Shown here in pieces: positions 51,101-64,000 of a DNA stretch of 64,000 nt. How positions within the stretch are numbered: the first letter of the stretch is position 1; each line of letters starts with the position of its first letter. The notes below the pieces were generated by a model. The model saw nothing but the letters and a program-made list of their open reading frames with translations, made no database searches and had not been told where the DNA came from. Both the position numbers and the translations under genes were made by a program. This DNA comes from Marsupella aquatica (taxonomy: Eukaryota > Plantae > Marchantiophyta): positions 13,891,934 to 13,955,933 of the forward strand of contig OZ316899.1 of the NCBI GenBank assembly GCA_973895155.1, read 5' to 3'.

Positions 51101-54100
51101 CACTAATAGAAGTGCAATGGCAAATACAGTCCAACTTCTGGAATGACCCAAGAACGGCACAAACAGATACAAAAGTACAAAGGACTCTCCACCTGCTGCG
51201 GATGATGGAACAACTCCCAGACTCTTTTGCAGATGCAGCGAAGGTGACAAGGTCCCACATACCCGCTGCAAATACACCCTCAAGAATTGATATAACAACA
51301 AAGCAGGCAACTGAACCGGCCCCAAGAGCAAAGCGTGGTCGACCACCAGGATCGATTGATAAACAACCACGCCAACGAAGGCCAGTCAACAATATTCAAC
51401 AAACTCCCACCGATTCAGTAATTAACCCTTCACAAACTGTAAGGCTTGATGATAATGAAGAGACGGCCATACACTATAATATAAGTGGGAAGATCTGGGA
51501 TAGAACACAGATAAAACCAGACAAAATTTTTGCTTTTCAAATCTCACAAGAAATGCTTAATGAGACCCCTGATCCCCAAACAATAAAGGAAACACAGAGT
51601 CAACCAGATTGGCCTAAGTGGGAGGCGGCCATACACTCAGAACTTGATTCATTAATTTTGCGCCAAGTTTTTGGCCCCATTACACCAGTTACACAAGATA
51701 TCCACCTGACAGGCTACAAGTGGACATTCACTAAAAAGCGAAATGCTATGGGAGAATTTGTCAGATATAAGGCACGGTTGGTTGCTAGAGGATTTACTCA
51801 GATACCAGGGAGAGATTATGATTTAACTTATTCCCCAATAATGGATATAATTACTTACAGATACCTCATAGCCTCCGCGTTGAGGCATAAACTATCCATG
51901 CATCAACTGGACATAGTGACTGCCTATCTCTATGGAAAACTGGACAAGTCTATCCACATGAAAGCCCCCACAGAATTAATACAAAGGGTCCAATACCACT
52001 GTAAGGGGGAGCAGTCCAAAACAAGACCACATAAGCCACCGGAAGGAGGTTTCGGGCATACAGACCAGGATACACTCCGGTCCACATCACAAGCCATTAT
52101 AATGAAAACCACTTCCAGGATAGAACCGGATAAGAGGGCTCTATTAGCCAAAACCCGGTTCTCTGTCCAAGTGCTCCGCTCCATGTATGGGCTTAAACAA
52201 AGCGGCAGGACCTGGTACAAACGCTTTCAAACATAAATGTTAGCAATGGGTTTCAAGAATTCAGACATCACCCCATGCCTCTTTATGAAAAGAGAAAGCC
52301 ATGAATTCATTATTGTGGCCATCTACGTAGATGACCTTAATCTGTTTGGCACCAGCAAAATAACACTTGAAACAATTAAACTGCTCAAACGTGTATTCAA
52401 AATGAGAGATTTGGGGCAGACTACTTTCTGTCTCGGACTGCAGTTTGATTATTTACCTGATGGCATTCTCTTACATCAAACAACATACACGAAAAGAATA
52501 CTGAAACAATTTAACATGGATAAGGCCAAAGCAGTAACCTCTCCAATGGACCTGCCATCACTGGACCAGCATAAAGACATTTTTCATAAGAGAGAGGAGA
52601 ACGAGCCACTTCTTAGCTCTGAGAAGCCCTACCTATCTACAATAGGGGCCCTCATGTTCTTGGCTAAACAGACTTGTCCAGACATAGCGTTTGTAGTGAG
52701 CCTTCTAGCTCGACACAGCTCACAACCAACCATCAGGCATTGGAATGGTCTGAAAAGAATTTTCCGTTACCTAATTGGTACGGTGGACATGGGCCTGCAT
52801 TTCCTTACACAAATAGATGGCATACTAACCGGCTATGCAGATGCTGGTTACCTTTCTGACCCTACAGATGCTAAATCACAGACAGGATATATTTTTATGA
52901 TTGGCTCAACAGCGATGTCTTGGAAAAGTACCAAGCAAACTCTTACCACCACACCATTGAATCATTCCAAAATTATTGCTCTATACGAAGCCAGCCGTGA
53001 GTGCATCTGGCTTCGAAACGTGATCAGTCACATCTCAGAGCATACAGGTATGCCAAAACTCACATCTCCAACAATTATTTTTGAGGACAATTGCCCCTGC
53101 GTCGAACAAATCGCCACTGGATTTATTAAAGGAGACAAAACCAAGCATATCGCCCCCAAATTTTTCTTTACTCACGAACAATTGGAAGATACAATTACTG
53201 TATAGTGGATTCCTAGCCAACAAAACTGTGCCGACCTACTAACCAAAGCATTGCCCCCATCTATCCATAGTGAACTAACAAAGTCCATAGGCATGTGGAG
53301 ATTATCTTCCTTTATACAGAGTTCACTCTAACGTGAAGCAAAACAAGTAAACGACATGCCCAGGGGGAGATTGATACGACTGTACCTGGGAGAACAAGCT
53401 ATTAGCATCATGAAGAGGCTACCCATTGTCAAATCTTTCGCAGCCAATGACAAATCGCAGTGAATCTACAAAGTTGTTTTGCACCCAACTGCAACAAGCA
53501 AAACCAGTGAGAGACTAACCTGATCAAGACAACCACGAGCGCAAGCCAACGATGGCGTCGAGGGACAACGACTTCCCCTCATTCCTCAGAATTTCAAGCT
53601 CACCTACACGGATCAGTTCCGGAGCACATCACAACAACAAAATGTCAACGCGATCAGTTGCAGACACAGAGTCACCGGTCCATACAAACATCCATAGGAG
53701 CGCAAATGGAAATCTTACTGGACCTGAGCACATGGTTACACAACGATCACACACCCATCAATCTTCGACGCAGATCTTCTTCCCAACATTTGCTCCTCTA
53801 CTCCGTCTTTCCCTAAACGATGAACCTCACAAACTTCCTTTTTCCTCGCAACGACTATTGCTCATTCTTCTTCGACACTTCCTTCATCGAATGCGGCTAA
53901 CCTTACGAACGACCTCATCCAACTGAGTAGTTTAGGTCACACTAGTTGACACTACTTACACTTAACATTACAACATTTTGAATAAGGCGGGATGGTAACA
54001 CTCTTTCCTCCCAAAAGAAAGTAGGGGAGGTTTTAATCAGGTTACATCCCCCCCATTTCTTTTCTCCAATAGGCCATACCTTAGAAACACAACACTTTCA

Positions 54101-54315
54101 CTTCATACATGGTAGACTTGTTGGTTGCACCATAAGATGTTTCCATGGTGCACCCAAGGGGGAGTGTTATAACCCAAGGTTAAGTCTACCATTAACCAAG
54201 GTTAAACCTCCACCTCTAGGTAGTTACACTAACATCCTTAGTAACTACCTCTTGTATAAAGTCTTTCCCTATGAATGAGAAGATTGGTCATTCTCCATGT
54301 TGTGGTGTTTCAACA
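48106..54315 (+). mobile_element. Full-length Ty1/Copia LTR retrotransposon, Bianca-like lineage
   Basis: 151-bp LTRs at 48106-48256 and 54165-54315 (TG..CA, one mismatch seen); TSD GTAAT; PBS CGTTATTAGCACGA at 48257-48270; PPT AAGGGGGAG at 54156-54164. Confidence 0.95.
48749..53330 (+). pseudogene. Copia gag-pol (Gag, protease, integrase, RT, RNase H) with stops and frameshifts
   Basis: ALKIDGSNYLSWSLD..HL (Bianca-type Gag), DSGTSHSIL, HADVCGPI, KLGPQRQKGIYIGFDS, YKARLVARGFTQIPG, YGLKQSGR, IYVDD, YADAGYLSDP, FEDN, TKHIAPKFF. Confidence 0.95.
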
Positions 54316-57129
54316 GTAATGACAATTGTGCAGCACACAGGCAATGGGTTTACATAATACAAATCAAACATTATAAAAAATTGTATTATCCTGCCTAAAT
54401 TTAAGCTCACATCACATCTTTTGTCGGTTCAATATCGTTTTTCTCACCTTGACATCTTTTATCACCTTGGCAAGTTTTTCTCATCTAAGCATGTTTTAAT
54501 CACCTCGACATCTTTTGTGCAACGCACGGGCATCAGGCTATATGAAACCCTAAACACAGATCTAAATTGTTTTTTGAAACACAGGGCGTTCACATCCTGT
54601 GAAAGAACATGGTGGAAAATCACTCATTACAAAATATAGTATAGTACTCTTGTACACCTCGTTCATCGCAGTCGGATTGAGAGCAAGTTTAGGGTATGAT
54701 GGAACCAGATCGGGGTGTGGCCGGCCTGAGGGTCTAGGTGAAAGTGATATGATGCCATGATTATTAGAGCGCGGTGAGCGAGTGGCTGCTTTTGCCCGTG
54801 GACATAGACGCTCGGAAAATACAATAATGATTGGAAAATTCAACCGTGGCACATTTAGAATGGCTTTTGCCTCCTAATTTTGCTCAACTGTCAAGGGGAG
54901 GTTGTTGTTGTACTCTGTAATGTGAGCTAGTGCCATCTGTTCTTTTCTCTACAAGAATGTCATGTAGAAAAAAATGGCAAAAGCAATTCCACAAAAGCTG
55001 TAAGGCTTAGTGCTTGGTGGTTACCTTAGTCTGTTAATCTTGAAACCGGACCGGAAACTCACTTGCCCAACAGGGCTTGGTTAGGTGGAATGCGGCGGTC
55101 ACACTGGCGGCCAATTGCAATTTGAGCACTACATTCTGCCGGACGGAAGAAAAGCAAACAGCCTTTGAAGTTTATGGTTTTGGGGTGTCGCATCAAACGG
55201 CGACCATCGTCGACGTTTAGGGTTTAGGGTGCATCAAAGTTTAGGAGAGACCCAAATTAATAATAGAAATAAGTAACATAGCGGGAGAGACCGAACAACC
55301 ACCTGGATTGTGCAGCTATGTACGCGTTGTACGGGAAAAATACCTCGTTGTTTTCAAGGCTCCCTCCATTCTCCCCAATTGGTACAGACACATTCACGGA
55401 TTGCACGACATTAATTCCATCTTTTATCATTGCATCCAACACACATACATACATACATACATACATACCATGAACAACCACTGCCTTCACCACTATTTCC
55501 CAATTGTGTGAGGGTGAGGAGGATTTGGCCAATTTGGTCACCATTTAGTAGCATGCAACTAGCAGTGCCCATCGCCGACGCTCTGCCTTTGCATGACCTC
55601 ATTTGTCTTGCAGAATTGCATATGTAGGTGTAATAAACCCTCAATAAAAAATATTAAATGTAAGGTGCATTTAGGTCCTTACATACCTTATCTGGCCTTA
55701 TTGTAGAGGAAACTTTGAGTATATTGGGTGCTTCACATATTACTCGTAGCTGCTCAAGTAGGTGTGCTGAAAGTTGGGAAACCAAATGAACTTAATTTTC
55801 CTCATAAATATTCTTTTATGTTTAGTTCCCGCGAGAAGGGTGTGAAGCAAGCAACAAAATGACTCATCAACCAAGGAAACAACTGCCACTGGGGAAATGG
55901 CTTTAAGACTAGCCCAAATCTTTGTTTTTTTACAGAGCATTGCTCATGTTAATGAGATTGTTGTTGCGGAGCTAACAAAAATGAAACTTTGCGGAATCCT
56001 GCTTTCCAGAGAGGACATCTCTTGTTACACAAATATACTAGTTTTGACTAATTTTATTGCTACATAGCTACTTGGCAACTTTTGGGGGGAAAGACCCACT
56101 TATTTAATTTTAGTTTTGCCCTGGAGTGTGGGGATTCTTACTTTTGTTCTGCGGTTTTGGGTTTTAGTTCTCAGCTCAGTGGCGGCCAACTCCATACAAA
56201 GGAAATGATTTTAACACCCTGCGGAGAAGCAAATGTCTCCGGAGGGCTGTTTGAGTGAACCATGTCATGCCGGGGTGAGTGGTTCAGAGTTCTTTTCAAT
56301 GTCGGTGGACAATCAACCATGGAGTGCGTGGGTGGTTGTGATGTTTGTCCACTTTCGGCCATTGAGTGCCCTAAAATCCCGCCACCACTTGATAGAAAGT
56401 AAACGACCCAAAGATCGGCTCCCGTAATTTTTACGGGAGCTCCCGTACCATGTGGCTTACGGGAGGGCCATAATGAGTTATGGCCTAGGTTTGAGACGCC
56501 CTAATGGGTTAGGGTTGTGATTACTATTGCAAGGAAAGTGGGCATTTAGGGTTTAGCAGACTGGATGCAAAACCGCAATGACTTTTTTTGACCCGTTTAG
56601 TATCGTGCCTGTAAGTGTTCAGGAGTTGCTCACTCGCTCTGAACGTCCATTTTGCCAAAAAAAATTGACGACTTCCGGATTCTCTGTTACCTTGTGCGGA
56701 CATTATCTTTGCCGCCTCACTCTAGCTGCACAAAAGCGTTGCGTTGATGCAGTCGCCATGTCTACTCCTCATAATCTGGTGTCTTGCTGTTGACTATGAG
56801 AATGAACTCCCAGGTTAAGTTGAGCAGCATCGTCGTGGTTCTTCGCCAATGACAGACATGAATTTTTTTATTTAGGCATGTGCCGTCCATACCTGGGGAA
56901 GGTTGGTTCAATTGCGTGTTGATTTGATTATGGGAGCTGACAACAGTCAATGGAGGGAGTACGTAAAGTACGTACGCAAGGCACGCGCACATCGCCAAGC
57001 AGCACCCGGCTGCCATTGGTTGAATGGAGCTTTCAAAGCTCCAGATCAGTACCGACCATGATTGGAGAGATTGATGCTGGTGTTGGACTGGTACTGGGTC
57101 ACGGGGCTGAGAGACCGACCAAGTCTTTA

Positions 57130-57210
57130 GTGTTGTGTTGTGTTGTGTTGTGTTGTGTTTTATTTTATTTTATTTTATTTTATTTTGTTGAGTTGTGTTG
57201 TGTTGTGTTG
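57130..57210. repeat. Compound pentanucleotide microsatellite (GTGTT)n(TTTTA)n(GTTGT)n
   Basis: Direct reading. Confidence 0.9.
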
Positions 57211-58019
57211 TCGACGGCGAATACATCCAGAGGCGGGACACTAGAATCGAAGAGATGATAGTACGCCCGGGTTTACGGTGTTGTTGCTAGTTTAGGGTAA
57301 GCCTGGAATAGGCCTGGATGGATAATCCTGGTTGCCGTCTAGAATTGCCGGTCAAACTCGTGCAAGAACGTGGGTTCCACGCCCACACAACCAAGTCAAT
57401 TTGTCCTTCCCAATTCCTTCGAAGAGTTAGTGGAGTCGGCGCTTAGTGTTCTCGCGCATGTGTCATCTCTTCAATTCCGGTCTTGTGCCTCTTCACCATG
57501 GGGTAGGCAAATGCGAATGTCATGTGTGTGACATGATGCTCGCAATGGTATGAAATAGGGAAGTGTACCAAGCATGGCATTTTTGGGTTGGGGACGTCTC
57601 TTTGAGGGACTCATCCCAAACAATTTCACTCACAAGTGAGTAAAAAAATGTTGCAGTTGATTCAGGTTACAGGAGGTGGCCGAGATGAAGGCTGCAAAAG
57701 GAGAAATTTTGGACACCGTTATACAAGAATGGGAGGCCCGAGTTTGATGAAGGTGCTGATGCCTAAACTTCCTCCCGGTGATGTTAATCAATTATTAGTC
57801 CATTCCAATGTTGGGGTTGTTATGTTGTGGTGTTTGTTTAGGCCTCCAGGTGCTTTTGGTCTGCGGCGGCGAGACGACATATGCCCTTCCCACTGATTTT
57901 TTCCGAGTCTTCTTTCTTGGTAGGCCGACCGTAAACCGCTCCAGCCCTCTCTGCCGTTCAGTTTGTTTTGGTTTGAGCGTGTCCTACCATGATAGCATCC
58001 CCAAAATCCCCCTCCGACC

Positions 58020-58405
58020 ATCCTTGCTATCATCGGCGAATGATATGATACATAGCTTGGAAACAGCTCCAACTACATTGACATTGTGACTAGAATGTAT
58101 CTCGTCCAATAGTTTCTTGTAAAGAAAACCCACTGTATTCTCTTCGCTCCCCTACATTCTGCCCTAAGAGCACTTAGTTCTTACCTATGTTTGTTCAACT
58201 GTCCGCAGACCAGAGTGTAACCAGAAGGAAATCCAAAAATTCTGTTTGCTTTAGGTGGCCCTTCAAAGTCGTCCCACTTTTCTATCTTAGCTAGCATCCG
58301 TTGTTCAATTTGGTCGGTTCTACCTGGCCGCAAGTTGAACACCTCTGACACTACCCGCTTGTCCAATATGAATTCTTGGCAGCAGATATAAGTGACTTTT
58401 CTGAC
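58020..58405 (-). pseudogene. Fragment paralogous to the ORF at 62574-63320
   Basis: RVVSEVFNLRPGRTDQIEQRMLAKIEKWDDFEGPPKAN vs RVVSEVFGLRQGQTNKIEQRVVAKIEKWDNFEGPPKAN. Confidence 0.8.
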
Positions 58406-61400
58406 TTGTTGTCTGCTCTTTCATCATTGGTTCTTGATCCTCCAGCAATTGGTAGTTTAGCGTGATGAAAAATGACCCATTTCTCCACAATTCCAGCATA
58501 TTGCTTCCACTTTATTGGAATTGGATCTTGAAGGATTTCTTCTTAATAATTTCACTTCAAAGTTAAGTATATCAGGTTCTTCATTAAAGGTAGCCATAGG
58601 TTTGAATTTCTCTATCCAGGCTTTGACATCTTCTTTCTTTCCTTTGAATTTTTCACCCTTAATTTTGGATTGTTTTGCCATTGTTAGAACAAAGGCAATA
58701 CAGTAAAATGTTCATGTGTAAAAGCCAGCTAAATCAACGGAAGAATTTATATTTCTCTCATATAGATAGAGAGGTTAAGTGGGAGATACTGTCCCTCTTT
58801 TCATAAGTTGAACTTCAATCTGATTACACAATTCCTTGATGATTCATAATTGTTTACCATGTCCTTCCTCGGTGTCTGCACATGGATAAGTTGTGGATTC
58901 CACTCTGGGAAAAGACGGTGTCTCTTCGTGATGAAATACACAACTTAAATCTAATTTGTGTGAAAGGTCACTTTTGAAAGGTTATTGTAACCTGTCATTT
59001 TCTTTTGGCATGAATCTTGATTAGAGTCACATGACTTTGCGGATGGATTGCTAAATCAAATCTTGAATACTCGATCTGGTTAATCAAGTCACATGTAATT
59101 CTCCTATAATTCAACACTCTCAACTTTCCTTTCAACTTGATGCCTCATGCATCATTTTGGAAATGTTATCCATGAGAGATGTGTACGGCATCCCTTCATA
59201 ATTTCACTTCCTTCAATTCTTCTTTGGCACCCTTTGCCGTTCTTCCTAGTATCAAAAGAGACTTGAATTAGGAAGATAACTTCCTCACAAGAGGGGCCTC
59301 TCTTGCAATGGTTCCTCTTCCCCTGACTGATATACATTCTCTTCCGTCTGGCATTATCGTCCTTCTTTCTTCCAATCTCTTGGTCTCAGGTTGCTCCCCG
59401 GCAGCGGCGCCAAAATGTAGAGTAGGGTTTAAGGAAATACGAACTACTTTCCTCTTAAACAACCAGAATTTGTTCCCGTTAAGAGCTTGTGAGACCTAAA
59501 AGATTGTATTAATATACTTTGAGATAGTTAAGCTAACCTATCTCAGATTTTAAGCCTTTACCGACATGCTTAGGTCAGGTGGAAGGAGTTTTTAATACAT
59601 CCTCAGGTATTGTGATGTTTGCATCATCAACAGTGCAATAATCAATTCTAAAACTATAACAAAACAACCAAAAGCCGGAGGCGTAAAGAGAGGATTAGGC
59701 GAGCCTTAAATGTCTCATCTCCTCTCGTCACTTAGCAATCTATGACTAAGTTAGGCACGATTAAGAGTCAATAGAGAGTCTGACTAAATTAGGCTGATGC
59801 CTAAAGCTAATCCTTAAAGCCAACCATCTAAGAATTTGTAAAAGATGTATATAAGATAGCCCGTATTAACTTTCTGACCTATGTCAACGCAAAGGTGGTA
59901 CTGATTACTCCGAACTAACTTATTCTTCTATTCAATCCTTCAGATTGCTCTTTTAGGACTACGCAATTTGTGAGTTCTCGTATGGTGCTTCTTCCACTAA
60001 TACTTAATAAGCCATAAGTATTCCATAGTCAACATGAATCTTTAGACCTTTGCATGATCTCAGGCATGCATTTCCAGTCAGCCTAAAGGTTAACTATGAC
60101 ATTGCTAGTCACTTTCCATAGATTTTCTAGCAAGAATGGTCACACACTAATGTCCAAACACAAAGCATAGATCACCAAAATTATGAATCTATTACTTCTC
60201 TTCAAAGAAGGAGACTTTCACAAGTGAAATGCAAGTCTGAGTAAAATGGTGGAAACTTTCCCTCTTATACTTAGGGACAAGTCTCCTCTAAACAAAGGTT
60301 GAAGAGGTATGCCTCTTCAATTCCTAACCTAAGTGTAAAAGTAAAAAGTAATGCTAAAGTCTGAAACTAGACTATGAGATAAAGTGCTCAGCAAAAATTC
60401 AAAGTCTAATTCTTCCTATACTAAGTTTTATAGGGCTTCAAACACGAAACCGGATCAAAAACCGGGTGGGAAACCGGATGGGAAGCCGGTTCAACTTCCG
60501 GATGGAATAACTTTTTACTCTTCAGGAGTTGAAGTGTCAGGCTTCACCGATGTGGAGTCTACTGCTGGATTAATGGAGTTGAGAGGGTTTGGCATGAAAG
60601 TGATACCTCCAAAGGTAGTAGTAAAATAGGAAGCAAGTAGTACATTTCTTGGTTTCAAAGTGAAAGGTTTTGCAAAAATGAGGTCTTGAGATAATGTCCA
60701 TTGGTATAAGTAAAATGTAGGAGTGCCAGAGTAATAAGAATTTGACTATCGATTCTCTCCATCTTCCAATGAATGGGTATATCTTTTCATAGTATCTTTT
60801 CATACTTATCCAACCATTTTGATTGGTTAAGGTCTTTAGCCATGGATCATGCTTCCTATTGGTCCAAAGTCAGACATCTTGAAGGTCAAATGGTGTGGAA
60901 ACAACACTTCAAAATCTTCATTCCATTATTTGTCCGGAAGTCTCGGATATCTCTTGGTTACACCGGTTGGAGTCTCATAATATTAAGTGGGTCATTTCGA
61001 GTCCATTTTCAGACTTCTTTATATATATATTAATCGCATCGGAAAGAGCTTTCCAACACACTTTACAGATCTTGATTTGGATAAATGGTTTGAGAGTTAT
61101 AGTAATTTTTCTACCGGATGGTATGTCCAAACCGGATCAAAAATCGGCTCAAAAACCGGATGGAAACCGGTTCAAATTCCGGATGGAATAACTCCTCAAT
61201 TTCCATCACTTAGTTGGTGTAATTTTTTCCATGAACTACTGGAAGGTGGGGTAACACAACCTTGATAAAAGATTGAGCTACTTGTTGCTGAAATGCACTG
61301 ATTAATTCACCTTAGAATTAGCTGTCTAACTCAAATTGTGAAAAGTTGGACCTCAATTCCAAAGTTAAACCTTTGCTTGAGGGGTTGAAGTAGATCTCTC

Positions 61401-61629
61401 CTCGCTATCAGATTTTCCCAATACCAATCCATTTATGATTTTATTTCTCTTTCACTATTGAGTCGGATGAGGGACCATAACATCTTTATATGCACCTTGG
61501 CATGATTCAAGCTTAATATACTCACAGATGCTTAAATAGTCATTCAAGGTCCTCAACATGGTCATTGAAAACTATTTTTTTCACATAAGATAACTTTTCT
61601 ATCCTTAAGGGCTTAACCCCTCTATTACA
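58405..61629 (-). mobile_element. Truncated Ty3/Gypsy (Athila-like) element: ~2.2-kb 5' LTR (61629-59416), PBS, gag remnant
   Basis: PBS TGGCGCCGCTGCCGGGGA (59412-59395, tRNA-Asp type) lies 3 nt from the LTR end; LTR termini TGTAGAGTAGGGTTTAAG / CTTAACCCCTCTATTACA; zinc knuckle CWNCGEMGHFSSR at ~58460-58500. Confidence 0.8.
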
Positions 61630-62428
61630 TGGGGCGTGACTTCCAGTGCGTTGGAGGAATCCTCATCCTCATACGGTCAGCATTGTTTGACCTACCTACT
61701 ATGCCATTATGATGATAGTTGCCATTAAACATGTTGGTAATAATGACCATAGTGGGTGTCCTAACCCTAAAGCTCAATACAAATTATTCATCCTTTCTCA
61801 GGTGTGTTTTATGTAGGATAATGTACGGCGGTGAATGCCGCAACGTGCCGGGCGCTTAACCAAAACATCCGTCGCCGGCCCAGTCCTTGGCCAAAAAAAA
61901 GAGCTCACACGATCAACCAAACTCCCACAAAAGAGTTTTCATTTTTGTTTCTTGTACTGCAAAAACAATAAAATGGGTAGCACCACACAACAACACACGG
62001 TCGAGGGGTGGGTGTACCAGTGTTTAGGGTTGTCCAGGAGGCCAGTCGTGGCAAAGTGTGAAGTGACCAAGGCGTTCAATTTTTAGAGTCTTCCTCTAAT
62101 CAATCCACGGGGCAACTTGTTGCTACTCGTGAGGCGCAAGAGCCGGAAGGGCTATAGCTAGCAAGAAATAGCCGAGAGATTAGGGTAAACCGCGACTTTG
62201 GGGAGCTCCAAACCCTAAAGCTCCGCATATATCCAACTCGATTTTGTGGGGTAAACCACTTATCGATCTGTTGGAAGAGTTGTTGTTTGGCGATGGACAA
62301 CTGCAAAGCATGAAGCAAAGCAGCATGTATTGTTGCATGGAGCATGACTGGTATCACACAATGCCATTGTCGAAATGTTTACGGTTGTCGGAGTTGAGGA
62401 CTCATAATGTCCAGTAACAATAATAATA

Positions 62429-63698
62429 ATGAAGACAAACATGGCTCGTGCCGCGGCTGCAACAACAGCGGGGAAGAAACGGGAAGCAGAGAGCACTGAA
62501 GTGGGGTCGTCGGAACAGCATGGGAAGAAGACGAGGATGACATCAAACCAAAGTCTAGCGCAAAAGGCGGGGTGTGGTAGGAGGGTTCGGGATTCACAAA
62601 GCGGACCAGGTTGACAAGTGTGAAGCCGAGGTCATTGCATCGACAACGCCCAAAAACCTGGAGTGGAATGAGTGGATTGATGCGGTACCCGACAAGCAGT
62701 GGCTTTTGTTTCCTCGGGAGGAGGACGATGTGTTCAAGGCATTATGTACAGATAAGCGTGACCCCAGTTTAATGAACAATTCAGGGTTAGAAGATTTTAT
62801 CAGATTACCCTGGCTACAAAACAATGCAAGCCAGCGGGAGTTGATGGAGTTCATAGGTAATTGGGATCCTGCCAAAAAAGTGACTCATGTCTATGGCCGG
62901 GAATTTGTATTGAACATGCGGGTAGTGTCAGAGGTGTTCGGCTTACGGCAAGGTCAAACTAACAAAATTGAACAACGGGTGGTGGCTAAGATAGAAAAGT
63001 GGGACAACTTTGAAGGGCCACCAAAAGCGAACGGGTTCCTTCAAACTCAGTGCACCAACAAGCAGTTTTTGGAATTGTTGGATTTCCTTAGGGTTACATT
63101 GTGGTTTACCAACAGTCGAACTGAGATAGGTAAGAACCAGGTGCTCTTAGGATAGAATGTAGGTGCGGTTAGAGATTACCGTGGGTTTCTTTATAGGAAA
63201 GTGTTGGACGAGTTAAATTCTAACCGCAAGGTTATAGCGGATGGAGCTCTTTCGAGAGCTGTTTCCAAGCTATCATATCATTTGCCGATGATATGCAAGT
63301 ATGCTCGGAGGGAGATTTTGGGAATAGGTGGTATGGTAGATGAGATAGCAGCCAGCAGATCGCAGACTGCACTAGCTGAGCAAGAGGAGAATACATCTTC
63401 TCCGTTGGTAGCAACAAGCGCCAAGGATTTTAAGAAGCCACTCCTGGAGGTGCTTAGTCCAGATGACTGGGTGCCCGAGAAAGAATTGTGTCCAAGTGGT
63501 AGTTCACCAATGCAAGCTGAAGTGGATGAACCTGTTAGTCGGCGATGTACAAGGGCAAATAAACAGGGGCATGGGCTCAAAGCCAAAGCGAGAGGTGCAA
63601 GAAGAGGCGGCGTTGCTAAGGCAAGTTCCAGGTCACCGATCGATTATGATATCAAGAATTGCACCGGTGAGACGTCAAATGAGGACTTTGGGATATAG
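62429..63698 (+). pseudogene. Transposase_32/PMD-like domain ORF (frameshift ~62590, TAG at 63153-63155), probably continuing past 63698
   Basis: GLEDFIRLPW..LMEFIGNWD..THVYGREFVLNMRVVSEVFGL..G..C..LELLDFLR..SYHL follows the same motif series as 45520-46050. Confidence 0.65.
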
Positions 63699-64000
63699 GG
63701 AATAAAGGTGCAGAACCAAAGGTGGAGTCCGGCAACGGCATTCAGCCATGTTCGAGCCGACGCTGCAAGAGCCCACTTTTCCTACTAGTGGTAAGGGGTC
63801 CAAAGAAGCGTACCAGGAGTGTTTAGGGTGCCGCTGTGAATTTGGAGGGAGAATGCCAGGGGGTCCATGGCAAGCCAAAATGAAGGTTCCAAACAAGCAC
63901 GTCGAGTTTCCGGCAAGGGTCCGGGATGAGGAGCGAGTAGTTTGTGCAATTCATACCATCCAACCCTCATCGATGGAATACCTTAGGATCGCCAAATTTG

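Larger units (their letters stand above)
42369..54541 (+). mobile_element. Non-autonomous Helitron (same family as 34296-35162) split by nested insertions
   Basis: 5' A|TCTATC..TATAATACACAATCCCGC is homologous to the 35162 end; 3' GTGCAACGCACGGGCATCAGGCTA at ~54517-54540; both flanks match the uninterrupted paralog at ~40080-40200. Confidence 0.7.

Overview
Eukaryotic, TE-saturated DNA, most likely from a non-seed land plant such as a moss. This is an inference from interstitial TTTAGGG runs, a Bianca-type Copia, an Athila-type tRNA-Asp PBS, plant-type Helitron ends and GT-AG introns. No intact host gene is evident. Main contents: (1) a spliced, frameshifted gene fusing a transposon-type (Transposase_32/PMD-like) domain to a telobox Myb domain (873-~3045, minus); (2) a MULE with a 9-bp TSD; (3) a young Penelope-like retroelement (10975-18729) with a Naiad/Chlamys-type CxC linker + RT, no recognisable GIY-YIG endonuclease, an extra orphan ORF1, 1.17-kb pseudo-LTRs and (CT)n at every junction, followed by a diverged sister element (~18730-22493); both carry a ~160-nt RNA structure with covarying stems and hammerhead-like core motifs in non-canonical order, the best candidate for an undescribed system; (4) a decayed gene with zinc finger, tyrosine-recombinase-like and RecQ domains resembling fungal telomere-linked helicases (23871-28618); (5) non-autonomous Helitrons, one hosting a 4-kb gene-containing solo-LTR-like element and a full-length Bianca Copia; (6) an Athila-like LTR/PBS/gag remnant. 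All family assignments are by motif recognition by eye; no searches were run.
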